Positions 1-11,300 of a DNA stretch of 64,000 bases are shown here, piece by piece (the stretch's first letter is position 1; every line of letters begins with the position of its first letter). The notes under the pieces were generated by a model that was given only the letters and a program-made list of their open reading frames with translations, was not told where the DNA came from and ran no database searches. Location: the NCBI GenBank assembly GCA_963558405.1, contig CAUWGC010000002.1, positions 48,789 through 112,788 of the forward strand, read 5' to 3'. A program made the translations under genes and the position numbers. This DNA is from an uncultured Clostridia bacterium. GTDB taxonomy: Bacteria; Bacillota; Clostridia; TANB77; CAG-508.

Positions 1-281
1 ACCGAATATCTTTTTACATCCATTCTTGTTATTATTTGTCCTAAGGCATTAAGCCATCCTTCTTTATTAACCGATTTAGCCGATTTTGAATATGATTTAC
101 CTTTACATTCAATAAAAAAATATTCACTATTTCTTTTACCACCAACTAATTTAATATCAACTCCGTGTTTATGCAAATCGCTTTTTTCTACTTTTTCTTC
201 GTGCCAATTACCATTTGGTTTATTTATCATAAATTTAATAATTTGCTCTACAACAAATTCTTCGGTAATTTTCTCATTCAT
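1..281 (-). CDS. PD-(D/E)XK nuclease-family protein (5' part, runs off the window)
   Basis: Not in the ORF track. Manual translation MNEKITEEF...HGVDIKL...FIECKG...ALGQII; GAGGAG RBS upstream. Confidence 0.65.
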   Translation of the reverse strand, partial: MNEKITEEFVVEQIIKFMINKPNGNWHEEKVEKSDLHKHGVDIKLVGGKRNSEYFFIECKGKSYSKSAKSVNKEGWLNALGQIITRMDVKRYS

Positions 282-309
282 ATTTTATCTCCTCAACAAA
301 TTTTAAATC

Positions 310-1686
310 TTATGAATTTTTGTAATCATCCATATATTTTATATCATTTTCTTTGCAAAATTGAATTGCATCCTTATAAATCTCATCCTCATTATCCTTA
401 TTATCGTATAATTTTCTCGGAACAACTATAGACTTTTCAATTATTGCTTTATATTCTTTTTTATTAAATAAATTTGCATCATATTCAGGTAACATATAAA
501 AATCTGTTGCTACTTTATTTATAAACATACTCATCTTCTTAGAATAGTACATTGTAATATATAATTCTTGTGTATTTTTCATAGGTAAAAGTTTCATAAG
601 TCTTTTAATTGAAAGTACATCAATATTCATATCCAAAATTATTTTATGAAGTTTGTTTATTTCTTTTTCTTTTTTTACAAGTTCTTCAGCAGAAACATAA
701 TCATCCTCATCGTATTCATCAATATCATCATAATATATATCATATTTGCTTAAATCAGTTGTCTCAGTAATTTTTTCAATAACTCTTTTTGTTTTCTCTA
801 CTGGATATGGTGCATTTTCTCTTGTATAATATTGAGCATCTACTACAGTTGCAATTACTATATTATCAGCCATATAAACTACAACTTTATCCCCTATTTT
901 AATGTTTGTATCTTCTGACATATAGCAATATGTTTTTCCGTTATTATATTCATCATATTCAACAGTTAAGTAATAATATTGTTCCTGTAAAGAATCAGGT
1001 ATTTCATAATCTTTTCCTTCAATATCACTTTTAGCATCTTTCTTTTTATTATCTTCTTTTTCAGGGAATATCTGAATTATATAATTATATATCTCTTTTA
1101 TTTCTTCCTTGTCAAAACATAAATTATAATAATTGGGAGATAATGCCCCATCCTCAAATAAATTGATTCTCAAATCTACTAAATTATTAGTATATGTATA
1201 AAACTCTAAATCAGGCTCAATAAAACTTATACTTTCATCTTTTTTTAATTTATCATTTATGAATTTTTGTAATAAATTTCTAAGTTCCACTACTTCAAAT
1301 TCTAATAAAAGTTCGCCTTTGTTATTATAATTAAAATATTTATTTGAAATAGAGATTATAACATCACACCACCTATCATAAGGATCGTGTTCAAAATCTT
1401 TTTTTCTAATAATCTTTAAATAAAAATCTGTATAATCATCAATTTTTAATCTTAAAAAATTATTTTGTTCTTTTTTTGCTATTAAAATTTCCAATCGTGG
1501 TAAATATTCTTCTTTATTGTATTTATATATAGTTTCAGGAGAAGGGAGCATATATACATCTCTTTCTTCTAGCTTTCCTTCTTCGTACATTTTAATAGCT
1601 TGTATAAGTTCATCTCTTTCTTTATATAATTTTTGTAATGACCATTTCTTCTTTTCATCTATATAAACTTCAGGACTTATCATCAT
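310..1686 (-). CDS. Multidomain hypothetical protein (WapI-like middle domain, KOW/SH3-like segment)
   Basis: 458 aa; WCDV...FIEPDLEF segment and KTYCY..IKIGDKVVV segment. Confidence 0.5.
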   Translation of the reverse strand: MMISPEVYIDEKKKWSLQKLYKERDELIQAIKMYEEGKLEERDVYMLPSPETIYKYNKEEYLPRLEILIAKKEQNNFLRLKIDDYTDFYLKIIRKKDFEHDPYDRWCDVIISISNKYFNYNNKGELLLEFEVVELRNLLQKFINDKLKKDESISFIEPDLEFYTYTNNLVDLRINLFEDGALSPNYYNLCFDKEEIKEIYNYIIQIFPEKEDNKKKDAKSDIEGKDYEIPDSLQEQYYYLTVEYDEYNNGKTYCYMSEDTNIKIGDKVVVYMADNIVIATVVDAQYYTRENAPYPVEKTKRVIEKITETTDLSKYDIYYDDIDEYDEDDYVSAEELVKKEKEINKLHKIILDMNIDVLSIKRLMKLLPMKNTQELYITMYYSKKMSMFINKVATDFYMLPEYDANLFNKKEYKAIIEKSIVVPRKLYDNKDNEDEIYKDAIQFCKENDIKYMDDYKNS

Positions 1687-1707
1687 AATAACACCTTCTT
1701 TATTATC

Positions 1708-2700
1708 TTATACTCCACCTAATAAATTTAATGCAGTTTGTCCTAGAAGGTTTACCACTTCTGCATAAAACCATCCGTGTTTATCAAAATGATCTGTTAA
1801 TTTTTGAAAGAAACCTTTTCTTTTATCAATATGTTTAGAATCCTTCATATTTTCTATTATTTCTTTAGTTTCCTCTAATAATTCCTGTAATACTTTTTTA
1901 TCATCTTCATTATCGCATTTTTCTTCAATCTCTTGTTCTATTCTTGAAACTGAATTATCTATATTTAAATTAGAATTAACAACATCTCCCATAACGAAAT
2001 TACTATTAGTAGCAGTTAGATTGTTAATATTATATGTATTTGAACTTAATTTACTTAGTCTTTCGTTATGTTTTTTTTCTCTTTCAAAATATGTTCTTCC
2101 TGCTTGTGTTAATATTGCATTATAAACAGTATCACTTGCCCAACTTACTCTTATTAAACCATTTGAATCTAAAGTTCCTATTATCCCTCTAATAATATCT
2201 TTTTCATCATCATTAACTTTTTTCTCTAGGAACTCCGTTATATTACCATTTGAATTTTCTACTTTTATTATCTCATTTAATAGATTTTTTTCACTATCTG
2301 TTAATTCATCAAACAATTCTTCTCTACACCCTTTCTTTTCAAAATATTGCAAAGCTTCAGGAGTTAATGTTACAAACCACCCTCCATCAATAAAATTATT
2401 ATAATTTGAGATATATCCATATAATTTTAAATCTTCCATTGTTTCTTTAATACAAAATCTCATATAATTTGGAAACTCCGACATATTTCCATTAACAGAA
2501 TAATCTTTTTCTTCATTATACTTATTTAAAAAAACATTTAACATTATTTCTGCATTTTTACTTAAAATATTCATAGATAATCTCTCCTTATTTTGTTGTA
2601 TCAATATCTCTTTTTGTTTTTTTCTGACAATTTCATCAACTTTTTTATTTAATTCTTTTTCTATTTTTTTAGTATCAATTTTTATTTGAAATTTTGCCAT
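1708..2700 (-). CDS. Hypothetical protein in defence cargo
   Basis: 330 aa ORF directly downstream of res; two wHTH-like halves ending in TPEALQYFE and TQAGRTYFE, then an N-rich stretch. Confidence 0.55.
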   Translation of the reverse strand: MAKFQIKIDTKKIEKELNKKVDEIVRKKQKEILIQQNKERLSMNILSKNAEIMLNVFLNKYNEEKDYSVNGNMSEFPNYMRFCIKETMEDLKLYGYISNYNNFIDGGWFVTLTPEALQYFEKKGCREELFDELTDSEKNLLNEIIKVENSNGNITEFLEKKVNDDEKDIIRGIIGTLDSNGLIRVSWASDTVYNAILTQAGRTYFEREKKHNERLSKLSSNTYNINNLTATNSNFVMGDVVNSNLNIDNSVSRIEQEIEEKCDNEDDKKVLQELLEETKEIIENMKDSKHIDKRKGFFQKLTDHFDKHGWFYAEVVNLLGQTALNLLGGV

Positions 2701-2715
2701 TTATTCATCATCCTT

Positions 2716-4947
2716 TTATAGAACATTATTCAAATTAACCCAGTTTTCATCATTCATATCTTCAATATATTTTTCTGAAAATAGTATTTTAAGTAGTGGC
2801 TTTTCTCCCATAATATGTTCTTCTCTAACAAATCCATATTTCAGGTTATTTTTATTACAGTATCTTTTTAAAGCCTCATATTTTAAAGGTGTTGGCAACT
2901 CATCAACATTTCTACTACTACCATCTTCATTTTCTCCACCTTTAGTTTCAATTATCCAAATATCTTCGTTTTTATCTTGTAATATAAAGTCAGGATAAAA
3001 AGTATTATATCTATTGGCATCAGTATATATTATAGAAAAAAATTCTTCAGAACTTTCTCCGTTTTTATATATCCATTTAATATTATTACTTTCTTCAGCA
3101 TAATCAATCAATAACTTTTCTGGTAATGATAGTTTTTCATTTGATGGATATAGTTCATATACATTTTTCTCTAATATTTTTATATCCTTCTTATATTTTT
3201 TTACATATTCTTTTTCCGGCAATATTTTAATAATCTTTTGAACAGGAAATTTAAAATCTGTCTTTTTTATGTTTTTTTCATTTAATTCAAGTTGTCTTGC
3301 CTCGCTTTTTATAGCCTCATATATATCATATTTTAATAATTGTTTGTTATTTATGATAAAAGAAACAAATTCTAATCTATTCAATTTTAACAAACTAAAT
3401 TTATTAAACATTTTTTTAGAAAATATCTTTTTTAATACTGCTTTTAATCTCGTTTTATCTATTATTCCTGATTTTGCACCAATTTCATATATTGCTAAAT
3501 TTAATTCTTTTTCCATTGACTTTTCTTTAACATTTATTTTTAAAGTAATATCATCTAGTTTTGAAATATTATCAGCTGAAACAGTTTGTCCTCTTTTTGT
3601 TTTAAAAAGAACATCAGTAGATAAATTATATTCATTGGCTTGTAAATTTATTTTATTTTTATCAATATTATCAGAAAGATTATATTTTTCTTTTAAATAA
3701 TAATAAATAACTTCGATATCTTCCTTATTTATTCTAGTTCCCACAAGCTCTTTTTTGCATTCCTTTGTTAGCTTGAAATCATAGTATTTATCCTTTAAAT
3801 ATATTATTTTTTTTCTAACTGTGCTATCTTCAAAAATACTATTTACTCCATTTACAAAATCGCTATCATAAGTATATAAATATGAAGTGTTTAGAATATC
3901 ATTTTTATAATGAATACCATTTATTGATCTTCGTATTCTACCAATAGTCTGAATAGTAAAAATATCATTCATATTTTCTCTTAGCTTAACTAATATTTTT
4001 GCTCTAGGGCAATCCCAACCTGTTGCAATAGCTTGTTTCATAATTAGTACTGAACTTTTGGAATTATACTCAGAAATATCAGATGTATTTTCGTTTTTTT
4101 TGCTTAACCAAATTGCTAATTCTCCATTTTTTACAGTAATACCAAGAGTTTCTAAATATTTCTGTATATCTACATATAATTCCTCTTGATTATTTGGTAT
4201 TTGTATTAAAATTAAAGGATTTATATTTAGATTTTCATCTAAAAATGCTTTATGTATTTCTGCTTGTTTTTTTAAAGCTAAATCAATTAAATAATTAGTT
4301 GGATTTTCCACTGTATTTTCATCTTTAACATCTTCATTTATTGCAACCATCTTAGTAATTAAACCTTCGGAAATCACATCTTCTTCATTTATTTCAATAA
4401 GCAGAGAATCTTCTTTTTCTTTAACTGTAGCTGAAATTCCTATTAAAAATTCAGGATCAAATTTAGCTTTTAAATCATCTGTTTTAATAGTTTTATTATA
4501 ATGTTGTTCATCAACAATTATAATAAATTTTAATCCTTCAAGCTTAGCCTCATCAATTCGTTCAAATAAATTATTTTTTTCAGTTTTTGATATGGCATTA
4601 TTTCCCTTTTTAGTTACCACTTCCCAATTTATAAAACAAGTATCTCCTGCATCGAATCCGTTTTGTAATACTTCTTTTATTGTTTTAGTATTTCTATTAG
4701 GAATATATTGTTCCATTTTACTTTTGGATTGCTCTTCTAAATCTCCAATACCTGGTGTAAACCAAATAAATATTGCTTTATCATCAATATTTTCTAAGTA
4801 TTGATTGATAAAATTAACCATAATAATTGTTTTTCCACTTCCTGTTGGAGATTTAATCAATATTTCATTACTTTTATTAGTAGAAGTTGCATCTAATAAA
4901 TCAAGAATACACTTTTTTTGAAATTCTTTTAATATTATTTCTTTCAT
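2716..4947 (-). CDS. res: Type III restriction endonuclease Res subunit
   Basis: SF2 motifs PTGSGKT, DEQH, TGWDCPR, QTIGR; C-terminal nuclease FYPDF..IETKG; abuts mod. Confidence 0.9.
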   Translation of the reverse strand: MKEIILKEFQKKCILDLLDATSTNKSNEILIKSPTGSGKTIIMVNFINQYLENIDDKAIFIWFTPGIGDLEEQSKSKMEQYIPNRNTKTIKEVLQNGFDAGDTCFINWEVVTKKGNNAISKTEKNNLFERIDEAKLEGLKFIIIVDEQHYNKTIKTDDLKAKFDPEFLIGISATVKEKEDSLLIEINEEDVISEGLITKMVAINEDVKDENTVENPTNYLIDLALKKQAEIHKAFLDENLNINPLILIQIPNNQEELYVDIQKYLETLGITVKNGELAIWLSKKNENTSDISEYNSKSSVLIMKQAIATGWDCPRAKILVKLRENMNDIFTIQTIGRIRRSINGIHYKNDILNTSYLYTYDSDFVNGVNSIFEDSTVRKKIIYLKDKYYDFKLTKECKKELVGTRINKEDIEVIYYYLKEKYNLSDNIDKNKINLQANEYNLSTDVLFKTKRGQTVSADNISKLDDITLKINVKEKSMEKELNLAIYEIGAKSGIIDKTRLKAVLKKIFSKKMFNKFSLLKLNRLEFVSFIINNKQLLKYDIYEAIKSEARQLELNEKNIKKTDFKFPVQKIIKILPEKEYVKKYKKDIKILEKNVYELYPSNEKLSLPEKLLIDYAEESNNIKWIYKNGESSEEFFSIIYTDANRYNTFYPDFILQDKNEDIWIIETKGGENEDGSSRNVDELPTPLKYEALKRYCNKNNLKYGFVREEHIMGEKPLLKILFSEKYIEDMNDENWVNLNNVL

Positions 4948-6597
4948 TTATAACTCCTCAATTTCGCTCCTGTAATAATACTCAGGCACATATATTATTT
5001 TTATATTATTTTCTATAAAACTATTTTCGACCTCTGAATCAAGTAGTATATCGCTAGAAATATATACTTTACTTATATCAGGTAAACTCCAATTTTTTAT
5101 ATCCGATAGGTCATCTTCTTTTAAAATCAATTTTATTTTATTATTTATTCTAATATTATTTTCCAAAACAACTAATTCTTTTATATTATTTAAAAGTTCA
5201 TCACTTAATTCAATATCCTCGTTTTGTAAATGATATCGTTTTACATATTCAGTCGTATAATATTTTAAATTTGCTGGTATTCCTATATGATCTCCGTACC
5301 CTTTAATTACCTTTTCAATTCGCTTATATGTAATTTCTTCACAAATATTATTCTCATTGTTTGTACATAAAATAAATTTTCTGTTTTTTCCATCTTCCTT
5401 ATTTTGTTCTAACACAGCCTGAGCTGTTGTTCCACTTCCTGCAAAAAAATCTAAAACAGTTTCACTTTTTGTATGTTCTAATAGAAATCTTATTATTTCA
5501 ACAGGTTTAGGATTAGGAAAAACATCTTTTTTTTCAAAAATTTCCGTTAAGGTTTTAGTAGCATCGCCAGTTTCAGCTAAATCATATAAAATACTTCTAC
5601 TTTTAATAATTTTATATTCATTTCCTGTATAATAAGTTTTTTCGTAAGGTATCCATCTATTGTTTTTTTCATCTTTATTCCAATAAATTAAATCATTCTT
5701 AATTAAATCTTCCATTCTATTTTTTCCAACTCTCCATCGACCATCTTGTCCATCTGGAGCAATGGGAAATAATTCATTATTATCAGGATCTAAAATGGAA
5801 AAATACATTGTTGGTCTATCTTCTCTATGAGCTGAACTCCCCCACTTTTCTAATTTTGTAATATTAAATTTTCCATTCTCATCTTCATATTTATAACTTT
5901 CATCTGTCTTTTGAACTTTTTTATCTATCCAATTAAACTTATCAGTTTTTCTGTATCCGAAAATATACTCGTGTTCAGTTACAAAGAACTCATCTGTTTG
6001 ACCTCCACCATATTTTTTTCTCCAAATCAGAGTTCCAATAAAATTATTTTCTCCAAATATATCATCACACAATAATTTTAATTGAGCAAACTCATTTTTA
6101 TCTATACTAATAAAAATAACTCCATCATTTGATAATAGTTTTCTTGCTACATTTAATCGTTTTGCCATAAAAGAAATCCATTTTGAATGTCTATATCCAT
6201 CATCTATTCCAATTCTTTTATCATCATATATAAACTCTTTATTTTCTGTATTATATGGCGGATCTATATAGATAAAATCAATTTTACTTTTGTGTGTTTT
6301 TTCTAATAGATACAAACTATGTAAATTATCGCCTTCAAGTAAAAAGTTAATATTATTATTTTTATCTGAACAAATTTCTTTTTCCTCTATTTCTCTAAAA
6401 ACAGGAATATTTTTTTTCAGTTCTTCATCTACTTTTTCCTCGTGTTCTTCCCAAATAAGTCCATATTTTTTACTTTTAAGCTCTTTTTCAATTTCTGTAA
6501 GCTTAGCTTTTATTTCTATATCTGTATTTCGTTCTTTTAAAAATTCTAAAGTTTCAATTAAACTATCTCTTTTTTGTTGGGATAAATTTGTACTCAT
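4948..6597 (-). CDS. mod: Type III R-M N6-adenine methyltransferase Mod subunit
   Basis: KYGLIWE, EGDNL, YIDPPYN and LDFFAGSGTT motifs. Confidence 0.92.
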   Translation of the reverse strand: MSTNLSQQKRDSLIETLEFLKERNTDIEIKAKLTEIEKELKSKKYGLIWEEHEEKVDEELKKNIPVFREIEEKEICSDKNNNINFLLEGDNLHSLYLLEKTHKSKIDFIYIDPPYNTENKEFIYDDKRIGIDDGYRHSKWISFMAKRLNVARKLLSNDGVIFISIDKNEFAQLKLLCDDIFGENNFIGTLIWRKKYGGGQTDEFFVTEHEYIFGYRKTDKFNWIDKKVQKTDESYKYEDENGKFNITKLEKWGSSAHREDRPTMYFSILDPDNNELFPIAPDGQDGRWRVGKNRMEDLIKNDLIYWNKDEKNNRWIPYEKTYYTGNEYKIIKSRSILYDLAETGDATKTLTEIFEKKDVFPNPKPVEIIRFLLEHTKSETVLDFFAGSGTTAQAVLEQNKEDGKNRKFILCTNNENNICEEITYKRIEKVIKGYGDHIGIPANLKYYTTEYVKRYHLQNEDIELSDELLNNIKELVVLENNIRINNKIKLILKEDDLSDIKNWSLPDISKVYISSDILLDSEVENSFIENNIKIIYVPEYYYRSEIEEL

Positions 6598-6716
6598 TAA
6601 AATTCCTCCATATTCACATACAAAAATTCTATTTTAATTTATATCATAAAATTACTTTTTTCTCAATATTTTGACAGAAATTTTGGAAATAATAAATACC
6701 AGTATAATTACTGGTA

Positions 6717-7346
6717 CTATATGTTATATTCTTCAGATATTTTATTAAATTTTTCTAATAATTTATTATATTCTTCTCTTGAAACTCCTGTATCTTCCAA
6801 GGGTTTACAAAGTTTTAAATCTTCTTCATCCATTTCATCTTCATTTCTATAATATCTGATTAAATCTCCTTCAACAATATCAAATTCATAGTTAGTATAA
6901 ATTTTATCTTTAAGTTCTATATCTAATTTATTTAATAGAATAATATCAGCATCATTTAAGTATTTCATTAAGTCTATAAATTCTTTGTTATGGTATTTTT
7001 CGCTCCATTCTTCATAGTTAAACCTATACATATATACTTCTTTTCTTACTATATCATAGTCATTATCAATATTAAAAAGTTCCTTAATACCTTTTTTTAA
7101 AATCTTTCCATTTTCTTCTGATAACCTATTACTTACCACAGCAAGATTTATTATTAAACATATATGATGATATGTTTCACAATCAAATATATCATCTATA
7201 ATATAATTGACTATTTCAAAACTAAATTCCTTTTCTAGTTTATCCTTTAATATTTTAAATTCTTTTCTTCTTTTCTCTATATATTTGATTTTACCTTTAG
7301 CACTTTCTACTTCATTTGATGAATAACCTTCAAAAAAGTTTTCCAT
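6717..7346 (-). CDS. Hypothetical protein
   Basis: Long ORF; start moved to ATG 7346 after an AAGGAG RBS. Confidence 0.6.
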   Translation of the reverse strand: MENFFEGYSSNEVESAKGKIKYIEKRRKEFKILKDKLEKEFSFEIVNYIIDDIFDCETYHHICLIINLAVVSNRLSEENGKILKKGIKELFNIDNDYDIVRKEVYMYRFNYEEWSEKYHNKEFIDLMKYLNDADIILLNKLDIELKDKIYTNYEFDIVEGDLIRYYRNEDEMDEEDLKLCKPLEDTGVSREEYNKLLEKFNKISEEYNI

Positions 7347-7520
7347 ACTAACTATAACTCCTTTTATATTTATTAATATATCTGTGCTGTATTTATTATT
7401 ATAGCAAATTTTATTTGTCGAAATCTGTCGAAACTTGTGCATTTTCATTTTTGTAAATACAGGCATTTATAATTATAACAAGTTTTTATTATAAAATCAA
7501 TAGGTAGAGGAGATGTCTAT

Positions 7521-7781
7521 ATGAATAATACAAGATCAAAAGAGGGCGAATTAAATGTAGTCGGCTCTAAGATAAAATATTATAGAGAATTAAATAACTT
7601 ATCTTATCAAAAATTATCAGATAAACTAATGTTATTAGGAATAGATATTCATAAACAAGCAATATATAATATTGAAATAGGTATTAGAACTGTTGTAGAT
7701 TATGAACTTTGTGGATTTGCAAAATGTTTCAACATAACTGTAAATGATTTAACTGATGATTATTTTAAAAACTTAAAATAG
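7521..7781 (+). CDS. XRE-family HTH transcriptional regulator
   Basis: GSKIKYYRELNNLSYQKLS...IEIGIR HTH pattern. Confidence 0.85.
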   Translation: MNNTRSKEGELNVVGSKIKYYRELNNLSYQKLSDKLMLLGIDIHKQAIYNIEIGIRTVVDYELCGFAKCFNITVNDLTDDYFKNLK

Positions 7782-7934
7782 AATGCTAGAGTCTTTTAAA
7801 TAAGTTTACTCTAGCATTTTACTTTTACTCTTTTTTCAATTTCACAAAATTACTTTTCACGATTTTATTTTTTCATAAATAATATTACTTTCTTTTACTC
7901 GTATCATAGTCCCCATATATGATACAAAATAATA

Positions 7935-8159
7935 TCATTTTTTATATAGCTTATCAAAAGCTATTTTCTCTTGTTCTTCCATAAAGTTGTCTATTACCTT
8001 TTTTCTAAAAAGAACTCTCCCACCCACTCTAAAATGAGGTATCTCATTCTTTCTTACTAGCTGACCTATAAGCCAATAAGAAATCCCCATATATTTCGCA
8101 GTTTCTTCCATAGTTAAGGTAGTTCTTTCTACTTTTTGATAATTCTCTAAATCTGGCAT
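7935..8159 (-). CDS. Excisionase-like HTH_17 DNA-binding protein
   Basis: LTMEETAKYMGIS...IPHFRVGGRVLF; AGGAGG RBS before ATG 8159. Confidence 0.85.
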   Translation of the reverse strand: MPDLENYQKVERTTLTMEETAKYMGISYWLIGQLVRKNEIPHFRVGGRVLFRKKVIDNFMEEQEKIAFDKLYKK

Positions 8160-8178
8160 AATCTCACCTCCTAGCAAA

Positions 8179-8215
8179 ATTATACAAAGCAATTCTTATC
8201 AATCCAAAACCCTTT
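8179..8215 (-). promoter_or_regulatory. ICE motif promoter P1 (upstream of xis-like gene)
   Basis: AAAGGGTTTTGGAT-N17-TATAAT. Confidence 0.7.
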
Positions 8216-8349
8216 TTTTTAAAAAATTGCAAAAAAAATAAAGGGCAAAAGATTTTACTCTCTCGCCCTTCATTGTAGTAAAAAATAATTTATATAATAT
8301 GAATTCATAAATTATCTCTATTATATTTAATTTTTCTTAAAAGTCAACA

Positions 8350-11300
8350 CTAACAACCTGTTCTAGGAAGTTTTTGTGTTGTTTCTATTTCTTTTAAATA
8401 AGTTATTGTTTTCCAATCATCTTTATCTTCTACATAAATATCTTTATAGTTGCCTGATGCTTTTGTATGATTTACAAATATAAATCCATTTGGTAAATTA
8501 TCTAACATATCACAATATAATCTAGGTTTTTCAACTTCTTTAAAGTCTGATTTTACTGTTCCAAATCTGAATTGAAAATCTGTTATAAATTCTCCCTCTT
8601 TTAATGTTGCATCTGTAAATTTAACTTCATTATTAACTAATGTACTCAAACCATCTTTTAGCATTATATAGTCATCACTTAAATTAGTTTTATACCATAC
8701 AGAATATGTTAAATCTTCATTCCAAGTTCCTGTATAAATTTTATTTGCTCTTAAAGCATTTGTAGGTAATGAATCACTCCAAGTGAAATTATCTAATGCT
8801 ATGTTAGATTTATTATGAATATTTGAAAAATCATAATATATGTTATCTTTATTTTGTGTTTCTATAAATCCTTTTTTAGTAACTTCAATATCAATATCTA
8901 CATTATCATCTTCTACTTTTGCATCTACAATTTCTTGATGTTTTATTATTTCTGCCTCAAATATTTCATCTGTAAGTATATAGTAATCAGGGCTTTCTAC
9001 TTCTTTTAAAGTATATTTTCCTTTTAATAATTCTTTTGTTGTAGCCTCTCCGTTTTTATCTGTAAGTAAAGTATCTACTAAATTATTATTTTCATCATAT
9101 ACTTCAAATTTTGCATTTTCAAGTCTTGAACCTTTTACATCTCCATTGTATTTATTATCTTCTTTGCTTACCTTTATTACTCTGATATAGCCTTTTATTA
9201 GTTCGTTTTCAAAAGTTAAATTTGTAATTTGATCTTGTGTTAATGTTACTGTTTGCGGTATTTCATTTAACACATAATTTTCTAATGTTTTTGATTCTTG
9301 TACTGTGTATTTTTTATCTATTCTTAATCTTTTACTTGTAGCCTCTCCATTTTCATCTGTAATTAAAGTATCTACTAAGTTTTTATCTTCATCATATACT
9401 TTGAATTCTACACCTTTTAGCTTAACCTCATTATTGTCTTTGTCAACTTTTATTACTTTGATTTGACCTTTCTTTAGTTCATTTTTAAAAGTTAAATCTG
9501 TAATTTGGTTTTGTGTTAATGTTACTATTTGTGGTATTTCATTTAACACATAATTTTCTAATGTTTTTGATTCTTGTACTGTGTATTTTTTATCTATTCT
9601 TAATCTTTTACTTGTAGCCTCTCCATTTTCATCTGTAATTAAAGTATCTACTAAGTTTTTATCTTCATCATATACTTTGAATTCTACACCTTTTAATTTT
9701 ACCTCATTATTATCTTGATCAACTTTTATTACTTTGATTTGACCTTTTTTTAATTCATTTGTAAAAGTAACTGTTTTAATTTGTTCTGCCTCTAACACTA
9801 CTGTTTGTGTCGTTTCATTTAATACATAATTTTGTAAAGTTTCTTTTTCTCTAATTGTTAATTTTGAATAATCTCTTATTGCATATCTTGATGTATAAGC
9901 TTCTCCGTTTTCATCTGTTGTTATTGTTTCTAAAACTTTTCCGTTTTCATCTAAAACATCAAATTTTACTCCTTGTAGTTTTACTTCTTTATTGTCTAAA
10001 TCAATTTTTATAACTTTTACTTGACCTTTCTTCAATTCATTTTCAATAGTATTTTCTTCAGTTGTATTCCATTTAACTTCAACAGTTGTATCTTCTGCAA
10101 GATTATACCATTTTCCTGTATTTTTTTCGATTAGTTTATAACTTCCTGTTCTTAGGTTTTTTATGCTTATTTCTCCATTAACATCAGTTGTATATGTTCC
10201 AATTACTCTTTGAAATTCCTCTGAATATAAATCAAATTGTACATTTCCTAGTGCTATTTTGTGATTATCTTTATCTACTTTATATATTTTCAAATTTCCT
10301 TTTTTATGATCATTTGTTATATTTTGATTAGTAGATTTGTTATACTCTACATTTACATCAAAAGTAGCTTTATTTATAACATAATTATCATTTGTAGAAA
10401 TTTCTTTTAATTTGTAATTGCCCTGATATAGTCCACTAAATGTTGCTATACCATTTAAATTTGTAGTAGCATTTGCGACTACTGTTCCATCTGCTTTTGT
10501 TAATTGAAATGTTACACCTGCGATTGGTTTTGATGTTTCACTATCTGTTTTATTTATTTGTAATTTTCCTGTATTAGTTTTAATGTTAAGAGTAGCACGA
10601 CCAACACCATCTCCAAAAGGATCATAAGTTAGTGCATAGTTTTGAGTACCTTCTGTTCTAGTTTTACCATAAAATACAGGATATGTTTTACATTTACCTT
10701 GCACATTGATTATAGCATTTGAAATATCTTGTACCATTTGAGATTTAGGTATTTTTACATACATACTTTCATTTCCATTAAATGAATTTGTTTGGATACC
10801 GTTTGAATTAGTTATAATAGTTCCTTGTGGTAAGTTAGCAGTAGCTGTAATTGTATAATTTGTCATCTCTACTGTACTTGAAACATTTATTTTTTGAGTA
10901 TAGTAATTCCCATCCTCATATAAATTGCCTGAATTAGATAATGTTATATTAGGATCTGAAGGCATTTGACTACCATTTCTTCCTATGTTTACCATATTAA
11001 CTATTGCATTTTTAATAGCATCGCCTCTAGCATCTGCTCCTTGATTTGCTCCTCTAAATCTAGTTACTGGATCAAAGTTATATAAAATGCAATATACTGC
11101 TTGTTTAGTAGCTTGAAAAGCCTCTAAATCATTTGCAACTCCCAATTCACTTGCTGATTTATAAGGAAATCCATTTATAATTGTTCTCCATATTCTAACA
11201 TCTCCTAAAACATCAGTAACACTAGCATTTACATCAACAGTATATCCATCTAGCTCCCCAACACCTGGATGTTCTCTATTTACACAATAAGCAGGATATT

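Noticed and set aside
4948-6597. Phase-variable mod (phasevarion)
   Set aside because: No simple-sequence repeat tract seen; the ORF is intact.
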